This document shows positions 1 to 10,697 of a DNA stretch of 64,000 nt, piece after piece (the first letter of the stretch is position 1; each line of letters starts with the position of its first letter). The position numbers and the translations under genes were made by a program. This stretch comes from Candidatus Thermofontivivens primus (lineage in GTDB: Bacteria; Sysuimicrobiota; Sysuimicrobiia; Sysuimicrobiales; Thermofontiviventaceae). The DNA lies in NCBI GenBank assembly GCA_031458695.1, contig JAVKJW010000001.1, forward strand, positions 192,001-256,000, written 5' to 3'. Under the pieces are notes generated by a model. The model did not search any database and had not been told where the DNA came from. It saw only the letters and a program-made list of their open reading frames with translations.

Positions 1-594
1 TCCCCTTCGGGGGATCTCGTGCGTGAGATGTGGAAGGAAGGGAGGATGTTGCCCTCAGAGGTTATGGAGGGCCTTTCGGCTGTTTCGGGAGTAGAGGTGA
101 CCACCCGGGCCGAGTTCCTCCGCTCCCTGGTCCCGGAGAAGTTGTGGCCTCTGCATGCCCTGATCACTCCCATCCAGGTAGGCAAGGAACGTATGGGGAC
201 GCTCCTTCTCCTCCGGCAGGGAGGCGAGTTTGAGGAGAAGGACTGCCTTCTCGCCGAGTATGCAGCGGTGATCGTGGCTCTTGCACGGGAGGGGCGCGGT
301 GATGCGGCGAGGTCCAGGGATGCCGTGAGGATCGCGCTCGGGAGCCTCTCCTTCTCTGAGCGGGAAGCCGTAGCCCATGTCCTCTCGGAGCTTCCTGGGC
401 AGGAAGGGGTTGTGGTGGCCAGCCGTGTGGCTGATCGTGCAGGGATCACCCGATCGGTCATCGTGAACGCCCTGCGGAAGCTGGAGAGCGCACAGCTCAT
501 CGAGGCACGCTCCCTTGGGATGAAAGGGACCTACATCAAGATCCTGAACCCGCAGCTCACCGAGGAGCTCAGGAGTCTCAGCAAAATCTCCTAA
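1..594 (+). CDS. codY: GTP/BCAA-sensing transcriptional regulator CodY (5' end outside window)
   Basis: C-terminal wHTH 'ASRVADRAGITRSVIVNALRKLESAQLIEARSLGMKGTYIKILN' and 'DCLLAEYAAVIV' match CodY; frame is open to base 1. Confidence 0.93.
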   Translation, partial: SPSGDLVREMWKEGRMLPSEVMEGLSAVSGVEVTTRAEFLRSLVPEKLWPLHALITPIQVGKERMGTLLLLRQGGEFEEKDCLLAEYAAVIVALAREGRGDAARSRDAVRIALGSLSFSEREAVAHVLSELPGQEGVVVASRVADRAGITRSVIVNALRKLESAQLIEARSLGMKGTYIKILNPQLTEELRSLSKIS

Positions 595-666
595 CGGGTT
601 TTTGTGGGGTTGTGAGGGTCACCTGCGCTTCCAGGCGATTGCTGGCCTTGTTGGAGTTCTCCCCCT

Positions 667-677
667 TGTGTTATACT
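667..677 (+). promoter_or_regulatory. Extended -10 promoter (TGTGTTATACT) for rpsB-tsf
   Basis: TG-n-TATACT upstream of the rpsB leader. Confidence 0.55.
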
Positions 678-730
678 TTCACGGGTTGCGATGCAGGTAC
701 CCTCCGGACAGGAAGCGTGGGTGCCCGTAC

Positions 731-812
731 TACACACGCCATGGACCTGGCCGGCGGTGCCTCCCTACGGGGAGGTTCCGGCCGGGGATGATGTGTGCGG
801 AGGAAGAACCTC
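731..812 (+). ncRNA. rpsB leader (t44-like S2 autoregulatory RNA)
   Basis: ACACACGC...CCGGCGGTGC...CCGGCCGG...GTGTGCGGAGG...AACC pattern directly upstream of rpsB. Confidence 0.7.
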
Positions 813-831
813 AGAGAAGGGAGGCTAGAAG

Positions 832-1671
832 TTGGCAGCACTGACCATGAAGCAACTCTTGGAGGCAGGGGTCCACTTCGGCCACCAGACTCGCCGGTGG
901 AACCCCAAGATGGCGAGGTACATCTATACGGAACGGAATGGGATCCATATCATCGATCTCCAGAAGACTGTGCCCCTTTTGGAGGAGGCCTACCGGTTTG
1001 TCCGGGACACGGTGGCCAACGGGGGAACGGTTCTGTTCGTAGGTACCAAGAAGCAGGCCCAGGACGCCATCCGGGAGGAGGCGGTCCGGTGCCATATGTA
1101 CTATGTAAACCAACGGTGGCTCGGCGGAACGCTCACCAATTTCCCCATGATCCGCCAGCGGGTGGAGCGGTTGAAGGAATTGCAGGACTTGAAGTTGAGA
1201 GGACACCTCGATGTCCTTCCCAAAAAGGAGCAAACCCGCCTCCTCGAGGAGATGGCGAAGCTGGAGAAGTTTCTGAGCGGCATCGTTGGGATGACCAAGC
1301 TTCCAGCAGTGGTCTACATCGTGGATACCCGGAAGGAACACATCGCCGTTGCCGAGGCGAGGAAACTGGGGATCCCCATCGTGGCCCTGGTGGACACCAA
1401 CTGCGACCCCGACGAGGTGGACTATCCCATCCCCGGGAACGACGATGCCATTCGCGCAGTGAGGCTTGTGACGAGTTATATTGCCAACGCCGTCCTGGAA
1501 GGCCTGGAGGAGCAGAAGAAGCTCGAGGTCGTGGCCGAGGAGGTTGAGGAAGAGAAAGTGGAGGAGAAGGTCCTGGAGGAGATCCCCGTGGCTGAAGAAG
1601 AGGGAATTCCCGAGGAAGAGGAGGAACCCTGGGAAGAGCTCGTGGAGGAGTTCGTTGAGGAAGAGATCTGA
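832..1671 (+). CDS. rpsB: 30S ribosomal protein S2 with acidic C-terminal tail
   Basis: [37 protein letters not shown] start after GGGAGG. Confidence 0.99.
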   Translation: MAALTMKQLLEAGVHFGHQTRRWNPKMARYIYTERNGIHIIDLQKTVPLLEEAYRFVRDTVANGGTVLFVGTKKQAQDAIREEAVRCHMYYVNQRWLGGTLTNFPMIRQRVERLKELQDLKLRGHLDVLPKKEQTRLLEEMAKLEKFLSGIVGMTKLPAVVYIVDTRKEHIAVAEARKLGIPIVALVDTNCDPDEVDYPIPGNDDAIRAVRLVTSYIANAVLEGLEEQKKLEVVAEEVEEEKVEEKVLEEIPVAEEEGIPEEEEEPWEELVEEFVEEEI

Positions 1672-1677
1672 AGCTTG

Positions 1678-1709
1678 CCGGTGGGGCACGGCGCACCGTG
1701 CCCCACCGG
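1678..1709. repeat. Perfect 14-bp GC-rich hairpin between rpsB and tsf
   Basis: CCGGTGGGGCACGG-CGCA-CCGTGCCCCACCGG; no U-tract. Confidence 0.85.
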
Positions 1710-1743
1710 TATCGAAAGACATGAACTTCAGGAGGCACATGGG

Positions 1744-2319
1744 ATGGATATTCCAGCAGCACTCGTCAAAGAGCTCCGCGCCTTAACGGGAGCGGGAGTC
1801 CTGGATTGCCGTAATGCCCTGGCGGAATCTGGTGGAGACCTCCAGAAGGCGGTGGAGCTTCTTCGCGCCAAGGGATTGGCAACTGCTCAGAAGAAGGCGA
1901 ACCGAGAGACCAGGGAAGGCTTGATCGAAGCGTACATCCATCAAGGGGGGCGGCTGGGGGTTCTCGTGGAGGTGAACTGTGAAACGGACTTCGTGAGCAG
2001 GACCGAGGACTTCAAGCGGCTGGCGCATGATCTCGCTATGCACATCGCCGCTTCTGCGCCGCGGTACATCTCCCGGGAGGAAATCCCTCCTGAGGTAGAA
2101 GAGGAACAGCGCCGGATCTTTCGCCTGGAGGCCAGGGGGGATGAGGCGGTGGCGGAAGCCATGTGGGAGCGCTGGGTGGAGGAGAACTGCCTCCTCGAGC
2201 AACCTTTTATCCGCGATGAGAGCAGGAAGGTTCAGGAGGTGATCGCAGAGGCCGTCGCGAAAGTTGGGGAGAACATCGTGGTCCGGAGGTTCGTGCGGTT
2301 CAAGCTCGGCGAACCGTAG
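1744..2319 (+). CDS. tsf: Elongation factor Ts (short form, ~191 aa)
   Basis: LVKELRALTGAGVLDCRNAL, EVNCETDFV, GENIVVRRFVRF; ATG 1744 after GGAGG. Confidence 0.97.
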   Translation: MDIPAALVKELRALTGAGVLDCRNALAESGGDLQKAVELLRAKGLATAQKKANRETREGLIEAYIHQGGRLGVLVEVNCETDFVSRTEDFKRLAHDLAMHIAASAPRYISREEIPPEVEEEQRRIFRLEARGDEAVAEAMWERWVEENCLLEQPFIRDESRKVQEVIAEAVAKVGENIVVRRFVRFKLGEP

Positions 2320-2355
2320 GGGGACCGCGAGCAGATCCAGGAGGAAGGTGAGAGG

Positions 2356-3111
2356 ATGGCCGCAGTGAAATACCGGCGGGTCCTCCTCAAGCTGAGCGGG
2401 GAGGCACTTGCAGGGGAGGGAGGATGGGGGTTGGACCCTGCAGTCCTCCGTCTTGTCTCCCGGGAGGTCCGGGAAGTGACCGAGCGCGGGGTACAGGTTG
2501 CCATCGTAGTGGGCGGCGGGAACATCATCCGCGGGGCACAGGTCTCTGAACGCATCGGGGTGGACAGAGTCACCGCCGACTATATGGGGCTTCTGGCCAC
2601 GGTCATCAACGCCCTCGCTCTGCAGGACTTTATGGAAAAGGAAGGATTGGTGACCAGGGTGCAGACGGCCATTGAGATGCACCAGATTGCGGAGCCCTAC
2701 ATCCGCAGGCGAGCCATCCGCCACTTGGAGAAGGGGAGGGTGGTGATCTTCGCCGGGGGGACGGGGAGCCCGTACTTCACAACCGATACCGCCGCAGCGC
2801 TGCGGGCGATTGAGATTGAGGCAGATGCCCTATTGATGGCAAAGCGCGGGGTGAGCGGGGTCTACGACAAGGATCCCCGCCTGAGCCCTGACGCAGTGAT
2901 GTTTAAGGAACTGGACTACATGGAGGTCCTGAACAAAGGCCTCAAGGTCATGGATGCTACCGCCGTCGCCCTGTGCAAAGACAATAACATGCCCATCCAT
3001 GTCTTTGATCTTGTCCAGCCTGGGAACATTATTAAGGTCATCCTGGGGGAGGAAGTTGGTACGCTCGTGGGGGGGACTAGCGGTGATCCAGGAGGTGCTC
3101 AAAGACGCTAA
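2356..3111 (+). CDS. pyrH: UMP kinase
   Basis: [34 protein letters not shown]. Confidence 0.98.
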   Translation: MAAVKYRRVLLKLSGEALAGEGGWGLDPAVLRLVSREVREVTERGVQVAIVVGGGNIIRGAQVSERIGVDRVTADYMGLLATVINALALQDFMEKEGLVTRVQTAIEMHQIAEPYIRRRAIRHLEKGRVVIFAGGTGSPYFTTDTAAALRAIEIEADALLMAKRGVSGVYDKDPRLSPDAVMFKELDYMEVLNKGLKVMDATAVALCKDNNMPIHVFDLVQPGNIIKVILGEEVGTLVGGTSGDPGGAQRR

Positions 3112-3640
3112 AGAGCGGATGCAAAAGGCCGTCGAGGCCACCCGGCGGGAGTTCTCCGCGATCCGGACGGGCCGGGCTACTCCTGCACTGCTGGAGCGGA
3201 TCACGGTAGAGTACTACGGTGTCCCCACGCCCATCACCCAGCTCGCCACGATCTCCGTCCCCGAACCTCGTCTTTTGGTTGTCCAACCCTGGGACAAGCG
3301 CATCGTCAAAGACGTGGAGCGCGCCATCCTCAAAAGCGACCTCGGCCTTGTCCCCTCGTCCGATGGGACCGTGATCCGCATCCCCATTCCACCCCTGACC
3401 GAAGAACGGAGGAAGGAACTGGTACGGGTCGCCCGGAAACACGCAGAGGACGGAAGGGTGGCGATCCGGAACATCCGCCGGGAGGCCAAGGAGATCATCG
3501 AGAACTTGGAGGATGAAGGGGAGATCTCCGAGGATGAAGCGCGGCGGGCGCTCGACGAGCTGCAGAAGCTCACTGATCAGCACATCCAGGAGATCGACCG
3601 CCACCTTTCTCGAAAGGAAGAGGAGATCTTGGAGGTATAA
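3083..3640 (+). CDS. frr: Ribosome recycling factor
   Basis: [34 protein letters not shown] start at 3083. Confidence 0.98.
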   Translation: MIQEVLKDAKERMQKAVEATRREFSAIRTGRATPALLERITVEYYGVPTPITQLATISVPEPRLLVVQPWDKRIVKDVERAILKSDLGLVPSSDGTVIRIPIPPLTEERRKELVRVARKHAEDGRVAIRNIRREAKEIIENLEDEGEISEDEARRALDELQKLTDQHIQEIDRHLSRKEEEILEV

Positions 3641-3649
3641 AGAGCAGGG

Positions 3650-3895
3650 ATGCGTGACGTCCTCGGATACCCCCTGGAGGAGGCAAAGGTGGCCCTGGAG
3701 GAGGAGGGCATCGCGATCGACCGCATCGTGGAAATCCTTCCCCGTCGTCGGGTGGAGCTCTCCGGCAGGCTCCGGGTGGTCCGACAGAGGGAGAGTGGAC
3801 CGCGGAGGGTTGAGCTGGTGGTGACCCGGGAGCAGTACGTAGAGAGGAGGACGAAGGGAAGCCCGCCTGCGGGGGAGAGTCCCCAGAATGGATGA
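3650..3895 (+). CDS. Small PASTA-like domain protein
   Basis: 'MRDVLGYPLEEAKVALEEEG...RVVRQ...VELVV' resembles one PASTA repeat; fills the frr-uppS gap. Confidence 0.6.
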   Translation: MRDVLGYPLEEAKVALEEEGIAIDRIVEILPRRRVELSGRLRVVRQRESGPRRVELVVTREQYVERRTKGSPPAGESPQNG

Positions 3896-4664
3896 ACGAG
3901 TAAAGGTCACAGAGGCTTCGGAGGAAGAACTGCTCCTTTTACTTGATCCCACCCGGATCCCCACCCACGTAGCCATCATCATGGATGGAAACGGCCGCTG
4001 GGCGAGGGAGAGGGGGTTGCCCCGTATCGCTGGCCACCGGGCAGGGAAAGAAGCGATTCGCCAGACGCTGGAGGGCTGCCGCGATTGCGGGGTCAAGATC
4101 CTGACCCTGTTCGCCTTCTCTACAGAGAACTGGCGACGACCCCCCGATGAGGTCGAGGCGCTTATGGAGCTCCTCCGGGAGGCCCTTCGCGAAGAGGTAG
4201 ACACCCTCGTCCGGAACAAGATCGGGTTCAAAGTGAGCGGAGATCTTGACGCCATGCCCTTGGAGATCCGGGAGGAGCTCAGGCGCGCCATGGAACTCAC
4301 GAAAGAGAACAAAGAGCTGATCCTCAACCTCGCCCTGAACTACGGTGGGCGGAGGGATATTGTGCTCGCTGCGAAGCGGATCGCCCGCGAAGTCCAAGCG
4401 AATCGGCTCTCCTGGGAGGCCATCGACGAGGATCTGTTCCGCAACTACCTTTATACTGCTGGACTGCCGGACCCGGACCTGCTCATCCGGACGGGAGGAG
4501 AGATCCGATTGAGCAACTTCCTCCTCTGGCAGATCGCCTACACCGAGCTCTATTTCTGCGACGTGTACTGGCCTGACTTCCGCAAGCACCACCTCTTCCA
4601 GGCGATCTACGAGTACCAGAAGCGCCAGCGGCGCTTCGGGGGGCTCGACGCGCAGGAGAGGTGA
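3888..4664 (+). CDS. uppS: Undecaprenyl diphosphate synthase
   Basis: HVAIIMDGNGRWA, FSTENWRRP, DLLIRTGGEIRLSNFLLWQ. Confidence 0.98.
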   Translation: MDERVKVTEASEEELLLLLDPTRIPTHVAIIMDGNGRWARERGLPRIAGHRAGKEAIRQTLEGCRDCGVKILTLFAFSTENWRRPPDEVEALMELLREALREEVDTLVRNKIGFKVSGDLDAMPLEIREELRRAMELTKENKELILNLALNYGGRRDIVLAAKRIAREVQANRLSWEAIDEDLFRNYLYTAGLPDPDLLIRTGGEIRLSNFLLWQIAYTELYFCDVYWPDFRKHHLFQAIYEYQKRQRRFGGLDAQER

Positions 4665-4700
4665 GGCGTCCTGCGGAGGCCTGATGGCGGTGAAAACCGC

Positions 4701-5519
4701 GTGGAATCGAACTTCCAGCGCTTCCCCAAGTTATGGCTTCGGTTCGTGACCGCCGCCGTAGGCCTCCCCATCGTTGTCGCTGCGGTGTGGTGGGGGGGTG
4801 CCCCGCTTCTCCTCTTGCTTGCCCTCTTGGCCGCGGCGGGGATCGGGGAGTTCGATGGTCTCGCGAGGGGGTGGGGGTTCCGCCCCCTCACGGTCCTGGA
4901 GGGCGCAGGAGTGGCGCTCTTCCTCATCCTCGCCCACGCGAGGATGGAGTCCTGGCTCTTCCCAGGAATGGCCGCGCTCGTAATGACAATTCTCCTCGCC
5001 CATCTTCTCCACGGGAGGCGATTAGAGGCGGTGGCCGATGCCGCAATGACGCTGCTCGGGGTCCTGTACATAGGTTTCCTCCTGAGCTTCCTCCTCTGGA
5101 TCCGCTCCCTCCCCCAGGGGAGGTTCTATACCCTCCTCGTCCTCGCTGCGGTGTGGAGCACAGATGCGGTGGCATATTTCGTGGGTCTCACCCTAGGACG
5201 TCACCCTCTCTCCCCGCATATCAGCCCCCGGAAAAGCTGGGAGGGTGCGATCGCGGGGCTTGCGGGAGGAGTGGGAGGAGCGGCCCTGTTGGGTTGGCTC
5301 CTGGGCCTCCCCGTGAGCATCTCGATGGCTCTAGGAGGGAGCTGTAGCGTTGCTGGACAGCTTGGGGATCTCGTCGAGTCGGCGCTCAAGCGGTCCGCCG
5401 GGGTGAAGGACAGCGGGGGCCTCCTCCCTGGCCACGGAGGTGTGCTCGACAGATTCGATGCCCTTTTCTTTGCTGCTCCGGTGGGGTATATTATCCTCGT
5501 GATTCTGGGGGCACGCTAA
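4701..5519 (+). CDS. cdsA: Phosphatidate cytidylyltransferase
   Basis: ISPRKSWEGA, GDLVESALKRSAGVKDSGGLLPGHGGVLDRFD. Confidence 0.96.
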   Translation: MESNFQRFPKLWLRFVTAAVGLPIVVAAVWWGGAPLLLLLALLAAAGIGEFDGLARGWGFRPLTVLEGAGVALFLILAHARMESWLFPGMAALVMTILLAHLLHGRRLEAVADAAMTLLGVLYIGFLLSFLLWIRSLPQGRFYTLLVLAAVWSTDAVAYFVGLTLGRHPLSPHISPRKSWEGAIAGLAGGVGGAALLGWLLGLPVSISMALGGSCSVAGQLGDLVESALKRSAGVKDSGGLLPGHGGVLDRFDALFFAAPVGYIILVILGAR

Positions 5520-5604
5520 CGATCCCGATTTCAAATTGACGATTCGGATTGCGGATCCCGTCGTTCTCAAATGTGAAATCCGAATTCCCTTTGAGGTATT
5601 TCCG

Positions 5605-6771
5605 ATGCGGAGGGTCGTGGTATTAGGATCCACTGGTTCGATTGGGCGAGCAGCCCTGGAGGTCATCGAGAAACTCCCCGACCACCTACGGGCGATAGGC
5701 CTCGCGACCCGGAACAACGTCGAACTTCTGGCGGAGCAAGCACGGAGGGTCAGGCCTCTGGCAGTCGCAGTGGCAGAACGGGGGAGGGAGGGGACCCTGC
5801 GACAACTCCTCCACGGGCTGGATGTGGAAGTATACGCGGGGGAGGAGGGACTCCTCACCCTCGCAGGCCTCGATGAGGCTGATATCGTAGTCGTGGCCAC
5901 AGTGGGGATCTCTGGCCTAAGACCAACCCTGGAGGCCCTGCGGAAAGGGAAGGATGTGGCCCTGGCCAACAAAGAGACCCTCGTGGCCGCAGGCCACCTG
6001 GTGATGGCGGAGGCAAGGAGGAGAGGATGCCGCATCCTCCCTGTGGATAGTGAGCACAGCGCCATCTTCCAGTGCCTTGTGGGAGAGGACCCGGGGATGG
6101 TGAAGAGACTCATCCTTACCGCTTCAGGGGGTCCATTCCTGCGAACGCCCCTCGAGGACCTGGCCCGCGTCACGCCAGAGGAGGCATTGCTTCACCCTAC
6201 CTGGAACATGGGGAGGAAGGTCACGGTGGATTCGGCGACCCTCATGAACAAAGGATTGGAGGTGATCGAGGCGCATTGGCTCTTTGGGATTGAGGCAGAG
6301 CGTATCCAAGTGGTGATCCATCCCCAGAGCCTCGTCCACTCCATGGTGGAGTTTCTGGACGGTTCGATCAAAGCGCAGATCGCGGCCTCAGATATGCGGA
6401 TCCCTATCCAGTATGCCCTAACCTTCCCGAAGCGCATGGCCACGGGGATCAAAGAATTGGACTGGAGAAAGGTCACCCTCACCTTCGAGGAGCCCGACCC
6501 TGCTCGGTTCCCGTGCTTGAGCTATGCCTACGAAGCCCTCGAGGCCGGGGGGACAATGCCCACCGTTCTGAACGCAAGCAACGAGGTGGCGGTAGAACTC
6601 TTCCTGGCTGGCCGCATCGGGTTCCTGGACATCCCCAGGTGCATTCGATATGCCATGGACCGTCACGTTCCTGTCGCCGACCCGGACCTGGAGATGGTGA
6701 TGGCCGTGGACCGGTGGGCGCGGGAGCAGGTCCTTTCCCTTGCTTCCCTCTCTCCTACCGAGAGAGGATAA
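5605..6771 (+). CDS. dxr: 1-deoxy-D-xylulose-5-phosphate reductoisomerase
   Basis: LGSTGSIG, LANKE, PVDSEHSAIFQ, HPTWNMGRKVTVDSATLMNKGLE; ATG 5605. Confidence 0.98.
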   Translation: MRRVVVLGSTGSIGRAALEVIEKLPDHLRAIGLATRNNVELLAEQARRVRPLAVAVAERGREGTLRQLLHGLDVEVYAGEEGLLTLAGLDEADIVVVATVGISGLRPTLEALRKGKDVALANKETLVAAGHLVMAEARRRGCRILPVDSEHSAIFQCLVGEDPGMVKRLILTASGGPFLRTPLEDLARVTPEEALLHPTWNMGRKVTVDSATLMNKGLEVIEAHWLFGIEAERIQVVIHPQSLVHSMVEFLDGSIKAQIAASDMRIPIQYALTFPKRMATGIKELDWRKVTLTFEEPDPARFPCLSYAYEALEAGGTMPTVLNASNEVAVELFLAGRIGFLDIPRCIRYAMDRHVPVADPDLEMVMAVDRWAREQVLSLASLSPTERG

Positions 6772-6789
6772 AGAAAGAAGGAGTGTCCT

Positions 6790-7809
6790 ATGTCAACGAT
6801 CCTTTGGGCGATCCTGGCGTTTGGTTTGATGATCATCGTCCACGAGTTGGGCCATTTCCTCGTAGCAAAGCGCGCAGGGATTACTGTCTACACCTTCGCC
6901 ATCGGGTTTGGCCCCCCCCTTATCTCCTTTCGCCGTGGGGAGACAACCTACGCCATCAACCTCATCCCATTTGGTGGCTATGTGCGCATGGCCGGGGAGG
7001 ACCTCGATACCGCAGAGGAGGAGGGGAGCTTCCGCAAGAAACCCCTCTGGCAGCGTGCCCTCGTGATCCTTGCCGGCCCGGGGATGAACCTCTTTCTTGC
7101 TGCGTTGATCTTCACCGTGATCGCCGTGAGCGTGGGGATCCCTGTGGGTGTGAGCAACCGGATCGGTCAACTCGTCCCGGGTTTCCCTGCAGAGCAGGCT
7201 GGTCTTCGCCCGGGAGACGCCATTGTCGCGATCAACGGGAAGCGTGTCGGGAACGGGGAGGAGGTTGTCGAGACCATCCACCGGAGTCCCGGCGTCCCCC
7301 TCGTCCTCACCATCCGGCGGGGGGAGAAGGAGTTCCAGGTCAAGGTGACGCCGCGTTTCGAAGAGAGGAGAGGCATTGGACTCATCGGGTTCTCCCCTGA
7401 GCCCTTGCGCGCCCGCTTGGATCCTGTTCGTGGGCTATCGTGGGGCCTTCTCTCCGTGGGGCGATACATTGTGGTACTCCTTTCTGCCATTGGGAGCCTC
7501 TTCCGGGAAGGACATGTCCTGGAGCAGCTCGCCGGCCCTGTGGCGGCGGTGAGCTTCCTGGGAGAAGCGGCCCAGGCAGGGTTCGAGACCTTCCTGTATA
7601 CCGCAGCCTTCCTGAGCATCATGATCGGCGTCTTCAACCTCTTCCCATTCCCCGCGCTCGACGGGGGTCGCTTAGCATTCCTGGCGGTCGAGGCGATCCG
7701 CAGGCGGCCCGTGGATCCCAAACGGGAGGGGTTTATCCACCTCGTGGGGTTCATGCTGATCCTCCTTCTCCTCGTTGCCCTCACCGTCCGCGACATCGGG
7801 AGGTTGTGA
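6790..7809 (+). CDS. rseP: RIP metalloprotease RseP (M50, PDZ)
   Basis: HELGH, NLFPFPALDGG, one PDZ domain. Confidence 0.95.
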   Translation: MSTILWAILAFGLMIIVHELGHFLVAKRAGITVYTFAIGFGPPLISFRRGETTYAINLIPFGGYVRMAGEDLDTAEEEGSFRKKPLWQRALVILAGPGMNLFLAALIFTVIAVSVGIPVGVSNRIGQLVPGFPAEQAGLRPGDAIVAINGKRVGNGEEVVETIHRSPGVPLVLTIRRGEKEFQVKVTPRFEERRGIGLIGFSPEPLRARLDPVRGLSWGLLSVGRYIVVLLSAIGSLFREGHVLEQLAGPVAAVSFLGEAAQAGFETFLYTAAFLSIMIGVFNLFPFPALDGGRLAFLAVEAIRRRPVDPKREGFIHLVGFMLILLLLVALTVRDIGRL

Positions 7810-7956
7810 CACCCGCAGAATCCGTTCAGGATCTTCGCAGAGAAGGCGAACCGTCTCTCCCCTGTTGGGAGAGGGTTGCCGGATTCGAGGAGGACCTACC
7901 GCCCTTGACAGTACCCGTAGGCACGCCGCACAATGAAGGGGCAAAGCGGAAAAAGT

Positions 7957-9048
7957 ATGGAGAGACGCAGACTCACGCGCAAAGTGAAGGTTGGAAACGT
8001 GGAGATCGGGGGCGGCGCTCCCATCTCGGTCCAATCCATGACCACTACGGATACGCGCGATGTGGAGGCCACCCTAGTCCAGATCTATGGGCTCGCGGCC
8101 GAGGGCTGTGAGATCGTCCGGGTAGCGGTCCCAGACGAGGAGGCAGCCCGGGCACTTCCGGAGATCAAGGCAAGGAGCCCCGTTCCCATTGTCGCGGACA
8201 TCCACTTCGACTATCGCCTGGCGCTCCGAGCGATCGAGGCAGGCGTGGATAAGCTCCGCATCAATCCCGGGAACATCGGGGGCCCGGACCGGGTGCGGGC
8301 AGTCGCCCAGGCGGCCAAGGAGCGGGGGATTCCCATCCGCGTGGGGGCAAACGTGGGCTCCCTTTCCAAGGCGATCCTGCGGAGGTTCGGCGCTCCTTGC
8401 GCCGAGGCCCTCGTGGAGAGCGCCCTGGAGCAGGTCCGCATCCTGGAGGACTTGGATTTCTATGACATTGTCATTTCCGTCAAATCTTCCGAAGTCCCCA
8501 TGGCCATTGAGGCGTACCAGATGATCAGCGAGCGCTGCAATTACCCCCTTCATGTAGGGATCACAGAGGCGGGGACCGCCTGGGCTGGCTCCATCAAGTC
8601 CAGTGTGGGGATCGGTGCGATCCTCGCGAAGGGCATCGGAGATACCATCCGCGTCTCCCTGGCAGCGGATCCCCTGGAGGAGGTGCGCGTGGGCTATGAG
8701 ATCCTTAAGAGCCTCGGGTTGCGGACGCGTGGCGTCCAACTGATCGCCTGTCCTTCTTGCGGTCGGGCGGAGGTGGATATCCTCCGCATCGCTAGCGAGG
8801 TGGAGCAGCGGCTCAAACAGATCCAAGCGCCGATCAAGGTGGCGGTGATGGGGTGTGCAGTGAACGGGCCCGGGGAGGCGCGTATGGCAGATCTCGGGAT
8901 CGCCTGCGGAAGGGGGAAAGGGTTGATCTTCCGGAACGGGGAGATCATCGCGAGCCTTCCTGAGGACCAGCTCGTGGATGCGCTGATGGAACATGTCGAG
9001 GCGTTGGTCCGGGCACGGGAAGGGGAGAAGCTCGCCCGTTTGTCGTAA
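7957..9048 (+). CDS. ispG: HMBPP synthase
   Basis: [39 protein letters not shown]. Confidence 0.98.
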   Translation: MERRRLTRKVKVGNVEIGGGAPISVQSMTTTDTRDVEATLVQIYGLAAEGCEIVRVAVPDEEAARALPEIKARSPVPIVADIHFDYRLALRAIEAGVDKLRINPGNIGGPDRVRAVAQAAKERGIPIRVGANVGSLSKAILRRFGAPCAEALVESALEQVRILEDLDFYDIVISVKSSEVPMAIEAYQMISERCNYPLHVGITEAGTAWAGSIKSSVGIGAILAKGIGDTIRVSLAADPLEEVRVGYEILKSLGLRTRGVQLIACPSCGRAEVDILRIASEVEQRLKQIQAPIKVAVMGCAVNGPGEARMADLGIACGRGKGLIFRNGEIIASLPEDQLVDALMEHVEALVRAREGEKLARLS

Positions 9049-9109
9049 GGCACGAAGCAAAGTGTCATATTCAAGAACGTGAAGAGGGAGGGAACGTTTC
9101 GCGCTTGAC

Positions 9110-9760
9110 ATGTTGACGTGGTGGGAGGTTACCATCCGGTTAATATTGGCCGTGCTCCTGGGCGGGGCCATTGGCATGGAGCGCCAGACCGTGGAGAAAC
9201 CTGCCGGGTTCCGCACGCATATCCTGGTGTGCCTGGGGGCAGCTCTGTTTACTCTGCTCTCGACGCAGGGCTTCTTCGGTCCCACTGTGGACCCTTCCCG
9301 CGTCGCTGCAAACGTGGTGGTAGGCATCGGCTTCCTGGGCGCCGGGACGATCTGGCGAACTGGAAGCACAGTCCAGGGGCTCACAACCGCCGCAAGCCTG
9401 TGGACGGTGGCAGCTATTGGCATGGCTGTGGGGATCGGGTTCTACTTTGCCGCGATCCTGGGGACTGGGCTCGTGGTTATGGTCCTTATGCTCCTGAAGC
9501 GTTTGGAAGTCCGGATGCCGCGAAGGGGGCTAAGTACCCTCACCATGGTGATCCGTGATCGTCCCGGTCAGCTCGGGCGTATCGGGACCCTGTTGGGCAC
9601 CTACAACGTGAACATCGAGGATGTCCAGCTCACCCACATAACCAACGAGAAGGTGGGGATCACCCTCGCTGTCCGTCTGCCCCAGCGGGCGAACCGGGAT
9701 CAGATCCTCATGGATCTCGGGGGCGTGGACGGGATCGAGGAGGTCCGGTGGGAGGAGTAA
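9110..9760 (+). CDS. MgtC/SapB family membrane protein with C-terminal ACT domain
   Basis: AGFRTHILV, GIGFLGAG, GLTTAASLW; DRPGQL ACT motif. Confidence 0.9.
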   Translation: MLTWWEVTIRLILAVLLGGAIGMERQTVEKPAGFRTHILVCLGAALFTLLSTQGFFGPTVDPSRVAANVVVGIGFLGAGTIWRTGSTVQGLTTAASLWTVAAIGMAVGIGFYFAAILGTGLVVMVLMLLKRLEVRMPRRGLSTLTMVIRDRPGQLGRIGTLLGTYNVNIEDVQLTHITNEKVGITLAVRLPQRANRDQILMDLGGVDGIEEVRWEE

Positions 9761-9766
9761 GGTCCG

Positions 9767-10441
9767 TTGATCCCCCTGCGCGATATCAACCCTTCCAGGT
9801 CGCGGCCGGTGGCCACGTATTTTCTCATTGCCACCAATATCCTCGTCTTCTTGTACATGGCGTCCCTCCCTTCGGTGCGGGAGCTTGAGGCATTTGTGCG
9901 GACCTATGGCCTTACCCCTGCGGTGGTACGAGGGTTGATCTCGCATCCAGGGGGATTCCCTCCCTTCTTGACCTTCTTTACCTCCATGTTCTTGCACGGC
10001 GGGTGGGTTCATCTTTTGGGCAACATGCTCTACCTGTGGGTCTTCGGCGACAATGTGGAGGATGCCATGGGGCATGGCCGGTTTTTGATGTTCTTCGCGC
10101 TCACCGGGATCGTGGGAGGGATGGCACACGTGCTCACCAATCCTACCTCACCGGTTCCCGTTATCGGGGCCAGCGGGGCCATCGCTGGAGTCCTTGGAGG
10201 GTACCTCTTCCTCTACCCGCGCGCCCGCATCATCTCCTTCATCCCCCTTGGCTTCTTCTTCCAACTTGTGGAGATCCCAGCAATCGTTTATCTTCCCTTC
10301 TGGTTCCTTATCCAGTTCGCCAGCGGCCTGGCGAGCTTTGGGGTAGGGACGATGTCCTCTGTCGCCTGGTGGGCGCACATCGGTGGGTTCTTAGCCGGCT
10401 TCGTCCTCGTGAGATCCTTTGCCCGCAGGCGACGCTTCTAA
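9767..10441 (+). CDS. Rhomboid family intramembrane serine protease
   Basis: FLHGGWVHLLGNMLYLW, GASGAI, AWWAHIGGF. Confidence 0.93.
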   Translation: MIPLRDINPSRSRPVATYFLIATNILVFLYMASLPSVRELEAFVRTYGLTPAVVRGLISHPGGFPPFLTFFTSMFLHGGWVHLLGNMLYLWVFGDNVEDAMGHGRFLMFFALTGIVGGMAHVLTNPTSPVPVIGASGAIAGVLGGYLFLYPRARIISFIPLGFFFQLVEIPAIVYLPFWFLIQFASGLASFGVGTMSSVAWWAHIGGFLAGFVLVRSFARRRRF

Positions 10442-10697
10442 GCATCCCGCCAAAAGTCTTTTGACTCTCGCCGGGGGCCCCTTCTTGAAACAATGGGGTT
10501 GCTCAAAGCCTCCCTCGGGCTGGTCCGCCAAAGCCAAAATCTCATTCAGGATGTTCAGGGAGTGGGCGCGAGGCTCTCTCCTGCTGTCCCGACTTGTTCG
10601 GTTCCAAAGGGCTCGTGAAGAGGAGAAGAGGAGGAAGCGTCGAATCCCCATGACGAGAATTTCCGCCGGAGCGATCTGGCCGCGAGGAGGGACGGGA

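Noticed and set aside
10476..10697. Possible SAM riboswitch upstream of the SAM synthetase
   Set aside because: No SAM-I core (ATC..GAG, GCAACC, GGTGC, GAT) or other SAM riboswitch pattern visible.
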